A stretch of DNA of 64,000 bases from Monocercomonoides exilis PA203 (taxonomy: Eukaryota; Protista; Preaxostyla), in the NCBI GenBank assembly GCA_001643675.2, contig LSRY02000041.1, positions 310,001 through 374,000 of the forward strand. Reading direction: 5' to 3'. How positions within the stretch are numbered: the first letter of the stretch is position 1; each line of letters opens with the position of its first letter. A program made the position numbers and the translations under genes. Positions 38,287 to 49,200 of this stretch are shown piece after piece. Under the pieces are notes generated by a model, which was not told the origin of the DNA, did not search any database, and saw only the letters and a list, made by a program, of their open reading frames with translations.

Positions 38287-39289
38287 GTTTTCTACCCTTG
38301 AAAGCCTGTGAATAAGATCAAATCCTCTGTCCTCGCCGATCGCTATTTGTCACTCCAACACGCTCTTGTTCCATTCTTCCTGCGGACAATGGAATGTGAA
38401 AGAAGTTAAATTGTTTGCGAAGTTTGATCTAAAACCACCCAAACTTTTTTATCAATACTCATTATCGAGGAGAAAACCTGCAACTTGCGCTTGTTGATTC
38501 GCTCAATTGCGAATCAATAACCATTATTAAGCATTAAATTGATGTATAACATCAGAAAATTAACCAAAATTGTTTGAACTTAATCCTATTGAATCCAAAC
38601 AACCATATTATTCTTTCAAAAAAATTCTTCAAGTCTTTATTATTATGAATAAAGAGTAATCGAAGTTGAATTTTCAATGACAATTATTTATTCAAATATG
38701 AAAAGTGTCTTTAATAACAAAAATTTGGATGAAATAAAAAAATTCATTTTCACATTAAACCAATAACAGGTGTCAAGATGTGTGAATTCGAACTGCAAGT
38801 TGGTGTATTTTTTCTCTTTGAGAATAATAGTTACCCCTTTTGAATGTTATTCAAAAGAATGATACAAAAAAAACGAAAACAATTCTCTTTACTATGTGCA
38901 ATATTTGTTGATCTTTAATACATATTTTTTGAGAATAAAATAATGTTTCATTGCTTTCCCCAAATGTGAAATAAGAGGAACATTCCTTATGAAACACATT
39001 TTTGAAGAATTGATATTATTTTTTTTTTTGAAAGCTTCAAATGGAAAAATGATAAGATGACTTTTTTTTTTGCTTTCAAATAGGCCACAATTGGACGCTG
39101 GAAATATTTCTCTTTGACATTACAAGTAAAAAATCATTCGTCTGTTTAAAAATACACTTTAATTGATTTATGTATTTTATCAAATTTAAATAAATTAATA
39201 CGAATGATTGCGAAAACTTCAAATAACTTCATTGAGAGCTTTGGAAATAATTTGTGGAATGAATTAGAAATATCCGTCTTTTTCTTTTT

Positions 39290-39559
39290 TTCACAGACGG
39301 TCAACGAAAAATTGTGACAAAAAAATTCCTCAGCTGATATTTTCTGCGAAAAAAATGCATGTTGGGAACTTGATCATCTTTATTAAAATCTTGATTATTT
39401 CAAAATAATAAGAATTGTTGTAATTCTATTAACAAATTAATTATTACAGACAAAAAAATAGTGAAATCGTTATTAATTACAATTTTTGATAAATCATAAA
39501 AATCTTGTTAATCATTTTGTCATTGTTTCCATTTACTTTTATCATGTCACAGAGGTTCA
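39290..39559 (-). mobile_element. Truncated, inverted copy of the 3355-3838 MITE
   Basis: Ends ..ATCATGTCACAGAGGTTCA. Internal TGTTGGGAACTTGATCAT and TTTTCAAAATAATAAGAATT are reverse complements of 3500-3555. The second terminus is missing. Confidence 0.85.
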
Positions 39560-39569
39560 CTGCGGAAGA

Positions 39570-40060
39570 ATAAAAAAGTGAGTTTGTTCACAAATGTGTA
39601 ACGAAAGGCAATTAGTTATTGGAAACGAAGGAATTATGGTGGAAATAGATGAAGCAATATTTCGAAATCGGAAATTCCGAAGAGGAAGAAAAAAAACTCA
39701 ACGTGGATTATAAGAGGTCAGGAAAGTTCAGAGGGAGGTGGAGCGTGAAAACAGTTCATGGTTGTTGTCATTCAAAAAGAAGGAAGGAAAACTTTATGCA
39801 AATAATCCAGAAATGCACAAAAATTGGAACATTAATAATATTGTTTGAATGACACACTTATTCTTCGCTTGGAGCACTTGGATATAACAATAAACAATGT
39901 TTCAAAAAGAACATTTCTGGAACGTGAGACTGGTCGGATTGAAAACTCAATCTAAGGATCACAGCAGCATTAATATTTCTCATTTTAAAGATTCGAAACA
40001 AGGATCAGATTAACGTTTGATTATTTTTCACTGTTGAAAGTTAAATCAACATTTGACACA
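39570..40060 (+). pseudogene. Merlin / ISXO2 (IS1595-like) DDE transposase relic
   Basis: IGNEGIMVEIDEAIFRNRKFRRGR (~39618-39690), then IIQKCTKIGTLII..E*HTYSSLGALGY, matching the family motifs VEIDE..KRKYNRGR and GTxIxSDxWxxY. Confidence 0.85.
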
Positions 40061-40664
40061 ACATTTACACAGTGAATCAAATATTGTTTTTTGAAAAGGA
40101 AAAGGCTTCTGAAATAGATGGAAGAAGAAAAAGAAGTTTTAGATGAAATTGAAAGAATTCAAAACTTGGAAATATTTATAAAAAAGATATTGATGAAGAA
40201 TCTTGTGCAAATTATTAAGCAGGAGATGAAGTTAGCTCCTCTGAATATAAGCCTAACAATTTTTAAAAAATATTCGAATATTTGAATATTTTTTTTTCAT
40301 TTTTGCGAATTATTATAAAACAATACAGAAACGATTTTTCGCATAAGTGTGACAAAATACCTCCTCCAATTTAATGATTTCATTTTTGATAATAAGTGGG
40401 AATGAATAACATAAAAAAACAACACTTTTTGGTGGAGCAGTTTTTGTGATATCAACAAAAATTTCATAAATAAATTTTATGTGATCTGTCCCATAATTAA
40501 ATTTTTATTCAAATCTTTTTTGCTTAATACTTTCATGCCTGTGAATTGAAAGTTTATCTTTTGATACGATAACATAATACTAAAATACTTCAAAAATGAG
40601 GTTTGAAATTTGAACTTTATCGTTGTTTTAAACGTTATTTTTTTGTTTTAAAAATGTAATTTTC

Positions 40665-41615
40665 GTGGAATTTTCTTGTTCATTCAACAAATGTTCAGTA
40701 AAAGATCATTCCGGAGCGTTATATTACAAAAGTTTTTTGAAAATTAAAATCACAAAACCCAATTTTTCAAGTTGCTCTGCTTTGCATGGAGGAGCAGTAT
40801 CAAAATTTACAAATCCACGAACGAATTCTGTTCAGTTATTATCAGATAACAGAGTGGAAAATAGTTCAATTACAGATATGTGTTGAACTGGTTGGTGTTT
40901 ACCGTTTGGTGATTTTCCATCAAACGGAAAATTTCTATTTACCAAATGATAGTGTATAGCTAGTACTGGAGGAAATGTGGCTTGTTCTCTTACATTCAAT
41001 TGGCCCCAACAAAATAAACCAACTCAGTTTTTGGTAAATGATTGTCAATTCACTTACAACAAATTGACTGCCTCTATCAATTATGGAGGTGCTGCTATTT
41101 TCTTTTATCCAACGTATTCTTGGATGAATGGAATAAAATTCATCACATTCTGCTTCTTCGATGGAAACTCCGCAACAAATGGCAGAGGGAATGATGTGTT
41201 CTTCAATGGCAGCAGCATCACTCAATCTCCATTCGAGAATTGTGGATCAACAACCCCAACAAAAAGAGTGTATAATAATGGAACAGCTGTTAATGATGTG
41301 TACAATGGCTGGCTCCCCCTCATTGCCCAGAACAAAATCGTTGCCAGCAATAGAACTGATGCTGATACCTGTGGCAGACCGCAACAGACCCCATGTGCCA
41401 CCATCGAATATGCCCTCACTGGCTTCATTTCCCTCCTCCAAGACGCCTCTCTCACCCTCCTCACCTCAACATTTGTTCCCACTCAAACGCTCTCTTTCAG
41501 CGCGACTGCTGTAAAAATCTCTGGAAATGGAATAATTGCTCCATCGTTTGAATCTTCATATGATGTTCATAAACATAATTCATTCACATCATCATTTTTT
41601 ATTCTCAAACTTTGA
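40665..41615 (+). pseudogene. Fragment of a beta-helix-like surface protein (GGA motifs, Cys-rich CG..PCATI module)
   Basis: CSALHGGAVS, NYGGAAIFF, FCFFDGNSATNGRGNDVFF and DTCGRPQQTPCATIEYAL. Broken by stops; no N- or C-terminus. Confidence 0.75.
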
Positions 41616-42200
41616 CTCTTCCAACTCTTCTTCTTCTTCTTCCTCCTCCTCCTCCTCTCCCCAGCATTCATTGCGTTCTTCTCAATTGATTTCTTCTTCT
41701 CCTCTTCCATTCACTCCTTCTGCACAAAGACAGACACCTCTTCCACATCCTTCCTCTTCTCCATCTTCTTCTTCTACTTCTTCTCCTCCTCCTTCTTCTT
41801 CTCCTCCTCCTTCTTCCTCTCCTTCTTCCTCTTCCACATCATCCAGATTCCGCACAATCCCAACAGTCATGAATTCTCACTCACCTGATCCTTCTCTTTC
41901 TCCTGCTTCCATCCAATTTACTGCTCATTTATCTTCTTCACCTTCACCTTCACCTTCTTCCTTCTCCTCCTCCTCCTCCTCCTCCTTCTTCTTCTTCTTC
42001 TTCTTCTTTTTCTTCTTCTTTTTCTTCTTTCTTCTTCATCTTCCTTTTCCTCTTCCTTTTCCTCTTCCTCTTCCTCTTCCTCTTTCTCTTCCTCTTCCTT
42101 CTCCTCTTCCTCCTCTCCTACTCTCTCATTCAGATCTTCAATACTCCTTCTTCGACTTTTTCGTGATCTTCTGTTTCTTCCTATAATTTCTCTCCTCTCC
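41614..42200. repeat. Pyrimidine-rich (TCT/TCC) low-complexity tract
   Basis: Direct reading; poly-Ser coding style seen in host genes of this window. Confidence 0.85.
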
Positions 42201-43570
42201 TCCAATACCCACTCCCCTGAGTACTGAATCTGTCATCTCCATCGAAGATCATTCCTTCAGAGCGAAATTCGTCCTTCGCACAGGTTCTGCCTGCTTGACA
42301 AAGCCATGTGCCTGTAAGTCATTGACTTCAACATAAGAAAGAAATTCCTCCCACCCAATCAACTCTTCAAGCGCACTTCAGAAGCTCCTTGTGAAGTTCC
42401 GACTTTGCAAGGTGAGTCAACGATAGGAGTGTCCTTTACAGAATCTTATACTTTCACGACTCTTCAAGACTTGTCCGCGCTTGCCTCGTCACTTCCAAAC
42501 TTCCTCGCAACAATGAAATCGACAGAGCATTCGTAATGCTACGTTAACGACTTGATGCTCCTTCCTAACTCGCACTTTCAGCATTGTCTCTTCTGAACAA
42601 CTATTTCATTCAGACAAACATATTCAAGTTCGCTTCATGTTTATGTTCACCACATTTCATTAAACAAAAATAGTTTAATTTTACAATATCATCTGTTCTT
42701 TCAGAAAAAGAGATTAATAAGGAGACAAAAAAGTTGAAGCAAAAGAAAGGAAATAATAAGTATTCTGTCAGAAAAGATGAAAAAATGAAAAAGATGAACG
42801 AAATGAAGTAATTAATGATGTGGTTTGTTTTTATATTTTCATTTATGGAAATGTGTCAATGTGTGATTGAAACTTCTAATTTTTAGTCATTCTCTTGAGG
42901 TTGAAAAAAGAAAATGTTTTATCATCACAACAAAAAATAAAAATATCATCATATTTTTTTTGTTTGTGAATATGAAATATATTCTAATTTTCATAAGTTT
43001 TTCATTTTAAACATTTAACTTTATACAATATAAAAAAGAATCATCTTGACCTAACTTTCTTATGAAAATTCCTTAATTATTAATCACTTAATGTTACGAT
43101 CATATAAGAAAAAAATGAGCTGATAATCTTATTAACAATATTTGTATATAAATGTTTAATCAAATGGAACAGAAATGATTGATTTTATTTCTTAAATAGT
43201 CTTTCCTACAAAAAAAATAGACTCCAAATAAACATGGTTTTTCACTTTTTTAAAATAGAAAGACAATTTTAATATGTTATACATCAACTTCTAAAGTATA
43301 CAAAAAATTAAAATATACAAAAATAATTTTTATGAATAAAAGGAAGTTGCCATTTAGGTGAATCAAAAAATAAAATCGAATAATACTAAATAACAGAGAT
43401 AAAGTTCAAATTTCAAACCTCATTTTTGAAGTATTTTAGTATTATGTTATCATATCAAAAGATAAACTTTCAATTCACAGGCATGAAAGTATTAAGCAAA
43501 AAAGATTTGAATAAAAATTTAATTATGGGACAGATCACACAAAATTTATTTATGAAATTTTTGTTGATAT

Positions 43571-43826
43571 GGGTGATTATTTTTGAAATCATATTTTGTC
43601 ATTTTAAAATTTCGGTTCAAAATTTTAACTTGAATTCAAACAAAAGAACATTGAAAAGTTAAAACACTTATAAAAGATATCTTCGTCTTTGTATAAACTT
43701 AAGAACTTTGTTTTTTAAACAGTTATGATAGTTTTTGCATTTGAATTCAAAATCTCTTCCCAATGATAAACTATCTTTGAAAAAACAACACATCGAAAAA
43801 AGTTATGATTTCAAAAATAATCACCC
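43571..43826. mobile_element. 256-bp MITE with 23-bp TIRs and 4-bp TSD ATAT, nested in the right TIR of the Merlin-like element
   Basis: ATAT|GGGTGATTATTTTTGAAATCATA ... TATGATTTCAAAAATAATCACCC|ATAT. The paired left TIR shows the empty site GTGATATCAAC (~40446-40456). Confidence 0.96.
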
Positions 43827-44384
43827 ATATCACAAAAAACTGCTCCACCAAAAAGTGTTGTTTTTTTATGTTATTCATTCCCACTTATTATCAAAAATGA
43901 AATCATTAAATTGGAGGAGGTATTTTGTCACACTTATGCCCGATTTTTTTTAAAAAAATATGAAAGAATATTATAATAAAAAATGAACTTGTTTTAATGA
44001 GTCTTTTCTTTCAAATGGAAGAGAAGGAGCAAATCCCAAAACGATTGAATTTTATTCTTTATTTTTTCTTTTATCAAAATCCTCTTGACAAAGAGTATTT
44101 TTGAATAAAAACCCTTCATCATAAAAATGGGAAATTCTGGTCTTTTGAAAAAAATATTTTTAAAAGATTTATTTTCTTCAAAACGATTAATAAATCCTCA
44201 ATGATCTATTTCAAATGAAAATCGCTTTAAACCCTTCATTATTTAATTGTTAATAAAATTCAACGATTATTAAAATAACACGAGAACTTAAACTTTCAGT
44301 CGTTAAACTTACGTTTGAAGTTGGAAACGCTTATTCTTCAAACGAAAAAGTTATTACTGCTTTTTATGCATTTTCACAGAAGGT

Positions 44385-45760
44385 TTGTATAATTACAGAA
44401 GCGTTGAACATTACGACCAAAAAATTTATAGCGCTGTAAGATGTTATTGCGCCGGACAAACTTGGAACGAAAAGGAAGTTCACACAAGGCCTTGTTTGCT
44501 TAACTTCGAGGGTGAAGAAAAGGTGCTGAATATTGTTCATGAAAAATATCAACAACATTATGGAATAACAACACAAGAATTAAGTGAAATCATTTATTCG
44601 GAAATGCAAAGACAAAATTTGAAATCATTAAGGATGTCTCTTAACTTTGGACTTAATCCTGTTATCAAGCATTTTGATAAACAACTTGTGCCACCTTCTC
44701 CAGCGTTTGTGCCCAGATTCATTTCGAAGAACAGGCTGAAAGTACTCTCTCTTTCTTGTATTACTCCAGCCAAATTGAATTCAGCATTCATGTGAAATTT
44801 CAGAGCATGGTTCAATTTTATGTTCAACAAAGATATCAAGCCATCTGTCAACAAGCTTAATATATTTCACTTAGACGAATGGAATGCTGATTTTTGTTCT
44901 TCCCAAAAATTAATCGTGCCAGCCGAAGCCAAAAGAAAACCTGCTTCAACTGAAGATTACTCATATAATCGTATATCAATAATGACCACCATTGGATCAT
45001 CTTGCCGAACACCTTCACCATTCATCATCATTTCTGCCTTGAAAACGGTTCCTCCTGAACTTTTGGAGTTCAAAATAACAGGATCATGTGAAATCCACGT
45101 CAATGCATCTGGATGGATGGACAGAAATGCTTTCTTCTGTTATGCAGTTCATTTCTGCTCATGAATAACAAGATGCAGGTTCCTTTGAATAATCCCTCAC
45201 AATTCTCCTTTTTTTTAAAATTCTTGATTATCATCCATCTCGTCTTTGTTCTTTAGCGTTGGCATTATTTGCAGAATATTTTATTTTCGTTTTCACTCTG
45301 CCTGGTAATTTGACTCACATAATGCAACCTTTTCATGTTGGTATTGCATGTCCTCTTCGAAACCCATTCACAAAGCTGCTGAGGAGAAAGAAGTTTTTGT
45401 GGGTGGAAGAGCACGTTGATGGTTAAAAAATGAAAGCTGCTGATGAATGAAAAACGATCGTTGAGTGTTCAATTGATACAGAAAAAACTGAAACATCATT
45501 ACTGAACAAGGAGAACGCATTCAGGACAACTTGATTGTTCCCATTCAAACAAGAAATCTAAGCTAAATGTCTATATGTTTCTGATGATACAGAAAACCCT
45601 AAGTATCCAGAACGTATAAAGACAGTTGAATTTGAAGTTCCTTTAAAATGGTTAACAAGTCCAAATTTAATTTTTTCACTTCAAAAAAGAGAAATAGAAA
45701 AAACAATAAAATTAACATATAAACAGAAAAAAAGATCGAATCAGAACTTTATGAATTCAT
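44385..45760 (+). pseudogene. Third decayed pogo-like DDE_1 transposase
   Basis: IFHLDEWNAD, ISIMTTIGSS..PSPFII, NASGWMDRNAF, ILDYHPSR (~45220) and LPGNLTHIMQPFHVG (~45300). Multiple stops. Confidence 0.85.
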
Positions 45761-46288
45761 AAATCATAATATCGCAAAAAGAATTTGCGATCAAAAATGA
45801 AATTCAAATAATAAGTAATCTCAAATTATAAATAACAAATATTTGTTTCAAGAATAATATAATACTTATTTACAAAAAAATTCATTAGTTTTACATGTTT
45901 TCTAAAATATGCATTAGCCTAAGATTCAGCATAGTTACATAAAATTTTGAACGAATCGAAACATTCAGATTGTCTTGTTGGATAACAAAGTGAAAACAAA
46001 GAAGCATAAACTCATTTAAAAAAAAGTTTCTTAAATAGAAATATTGTTGACTTTCGAATTGATCTCATTAAAATCGCATGATTTTTCCAATTTTTTTAGC
46101 TGAATTGATACAACACAAGAAAAATTTAAAAAAATAAAACAGAAAAATATCCAATAAAAAAAAAAAAATACAAAGTGAAGCATTTTAACTTTATTAAAAG
46201 ACTCAAATAAAAAATTCTATCATACAATATAATTCAAAACAAATTCGATGATCTCATAAAAAAAGAATATGGCAAAAAAACACTCATT

Positions 46289-49200
46289 TCACATCAGCAA
46301 ATGGTGATACTGCCCATAAGCAAGTCTCAAATGGAAATCTGAATTCGTGTATTTCTTGCTCTCATCCAATTCTTTTCTCAGCCTTGCCACTTTTTGCTCT
46401 TCGGCATATTTGCCTTCTGCATATAGCAAAGGATATCGATGTCTGCACTTTTCAACCATCGTTGATCCAAAGCTCAGATCTATTCTGTGCCAAAACGGGA
46501 AAAACGGGAATAACAAAGAACACAAAGAACGAAACATCCCCACGTCATTCATCGCGTTCACAACGTGAATAAAGAACGAAGGAGTGAAAAGATCAAACAG
46601 TTGATCAAAGACAGCTCCAGGGAAATGATATAACGATGAAAACGAATCAAAAACATAACCTTCAACGGAAGCCGCGGTGCCAGAAGAACTAATTGTTGTG
46701 TCAATGCCTGTGTACAAATGAGGTGCAAGAGAAGGAGGAGGAGTGGGAACAGTTCTCTGCTGCGAAGATTCCGATTGACGATTTGTAGAATGTTTGGAAT
46801 CTGAAATGCCAATAAGCATTGCAGTTTGCTGAGTCCCAAACGAACGCTGTGCTGATAAAGAACTGTTTGTGGTGCGACTCCTGTTGTTTTCTGTTCGTGG
46901 TTCAGTAGTAGGAGAAGGAGACAACCCCACCCAAGAATATCCAAATGGATCCTTTTCATTCAGCTCCTTGTTCACAACAGCAGATCCTTGCGATGCAATG
47001 TCACTGGCTGCTGGAACAACGCTCGGCAGATATTCAATCAATGTGCCAAATTCGCTCTTAATTCGAACAATTTTTGAGGTCTCTTTGCTCCTCCCTTTTT
47101 CATCGGTTTCACTTTCTTTCGTTATTGATTTTTGATCCACCTCTTCGCTGGCATAATCATTTGACACACTCTTTTTGGTAAACATTTCACTCATCAAATA
47201 TCTCCCCTCTGAGAAAAGCTTTCCTTTCCTTTTCAGCCTTCTTTTTTCTTTTTTCATCAGTAGCAACCGAATATTTGTAGCAGATGGCAGTGGACTCACA
47301 TCTGTTGCCGCTCCATGAGGAATAATTGGAAGCGGTCCATTGGAAGAAGCACCAAGCACAGGTCTCTTCGAACGAAGTCCCGAATTTATCTCATACCGCT
47401 GCATCGACAATCCATCTGAACCACCTTGTTCCTGGCCATGCCATCTGTACAGTCTGAAATTTCTCTGGCTTGGTGATGCTTTGCCTCTGCTGCTGTCGTT
47501 GATGGAAGAGGAAGCAGAGCCGCTGAGGAAAAAGGATGGCGAGGCGGCCAGCGCTGCTGGCGACGAAGACAAAAGAAAATCCTTTGTCTGCTTCTCTGTG
47601 ATGCTCACATACGAATCAAACATACTGTCTGCTCCCCTGCCACCTTCCTTCTTTTCTCCTCTCCCAACCAACTCGTATCGCACAATTAAGTCGTCATCAA
47701 CAATCTCATTTGCATCCCCCAACACCCAATCTTCAATTGTATCTGAATCACTCTCGAAGCATTCCTCCTCTTCTTCCTCCTCAGTTTCTTCTTCTTCTTC
47801 ACCCTCAATCTCATTTATTTCATTGCTACTTGTTTTTTCTCCTCCTTCAACAAACTCCCCACCTCCAGTGATTTTATTTTGTTCTTTTCTTTCTCTTTCT
47901 CTTTTCCCTTCATTTCCTCCATCTTCTTCAATTAAAGCAGCTTCTTTCATCACACCCCTCATGTTTCTCATTTTTTCTTCACTCACCATCCTTTGTACTT
48001 GTGTTCTCTCTTCTTCTCCATTCCTCGTTCCATATGTCCCTTTCCTTCCTCTCTTCCTTCTCTTGTTCTTTCTCCCTCCTCCCATCTTTTCTCTTTTCAC
48101 AATTAAACATAACGGAGACCGTTGTATTCCATACAGCCCCATCATCTTCCTCTCTTCTTTTCCTATCTCTCCCGGTAATGCTGCAAATGCAATCTCATTC
48201 TCCATCTTTATCAGCTCTGCCAAATCATGTGTCATGCTGCTGTTCTTCCATTGGCCGCAATCCAAAATACTGCTCTGCTTCTTTTTCAAACCACCAATGT
48301 TATATTTCGCTGTCCCTGTGCTTCCTTCTCCATTCTTCTGCCTCCTTCTCATCCTCTCCAAGTATTCGCTTGCTGTTTGATGCCGATTGGGCGCTTGTCG
48401 GTGGCACACCATCGCAGATTGGAGGACATCTCCTCTGACAAGATGGAGAAGAGAAACCATCCCGAACATATGAAGGCGAGTCGCCATGTGCAATGTGGTG
48501 TCATACAGAAATGGACAATACGATGACGGCTGTGAAGACAAAGAAGAAGAGGATGAAAGAAGAGAAGGGAAAGAGAAAAACGGTGTAGAATTGTCGCTTT
48601 CGATTTGTGTGTGTGGATTTGCAAATGGAGCAATGAGAAACAGGAACTGGTGAACAATTTCTGGATGATCAGGGAGCAGACGATGGCTGAAGATGAAGTT
48701 GATTTCGTTGTATCTTCCAAACCGAGCCAGCAACCCCACGTAAAACAGCTCCAGAAGCAGAAAAGACGAACTTATGAAATTGGAAGAGGCAGAAAGAAGG
48801 ATCGGGAAGTGGAACACAGCCACAAGGAAAGTGCGCAGGAAGCAAAGAGTGGACTGCAGAAGGACTTGCACAGGGGGCAGTTTCCCATCTTTCTCTGCAG
48901 AATGCAAAAGCGCTTTGAAACACTTTTCCTCATCTTTGCCCATTTTTTCATCGTTATTCGAATCAGATGAAGGAGATGTTGAAATATTTGCAAAATCTTC
49001 AATGGAATGAATCTTCGAATCTGTCGAAAATGGAAATGCGGAAAATGCAGTTTTCTCATTCTTTTCGTTCTTCTCTGTCTCTTTTTGAATGTTTTCTCTT
49101 TCTGCTCTTCTCCAAATACGGCACAACACATCGAACATATCATTTGGCGTCAAAACAGACTGAAGAGCATGCGACAGAAAAGTGTTTGGTGAAAGAGACT

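Larger units (their letters stand above)
32500..38520 (-). mobile_element. Full-length DIRS1-type tyrosine-recombinase retrotransposon (gag, RT, RNase H, MT-like, YR; ITRs and ICR), inactivated by stops
   Basis: Protein motifs (see sub-features), imperfect inverted repeats at 32517-32580 and 38415-38480, an internal region 33148-33258 complementary to both outer ends, no TSD, and sharply higher GC than the flanks. Confidence 0.95.
40340..43940. mobile_element. 3.6-kb Merlin-like non-autonomous element with ~282-bp TIRs and 8-bp TSD, carrying a surface-protein gene fragment
   Basis: 40340-40621 is a near-perfect inverted copy of 43398-43940 once the nested MITE is removed. Termini (C)GCATAAGTGTGACAAAATACC / GGTATTTTGTCACACTTATGCC. 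CGATTTTT is duplicated at 40332-40339 and 43941-43948. Confidence 0.92.

Noticed and set aside
32517-38480. Idea that the CAGG..CCTG inverted repeats belong to a DNA transposon that captured the retroelement
   Set aside because: There is no TSD, and the internal ICR matches both ends and extends beyond them, which is the DIRS1 pattern.
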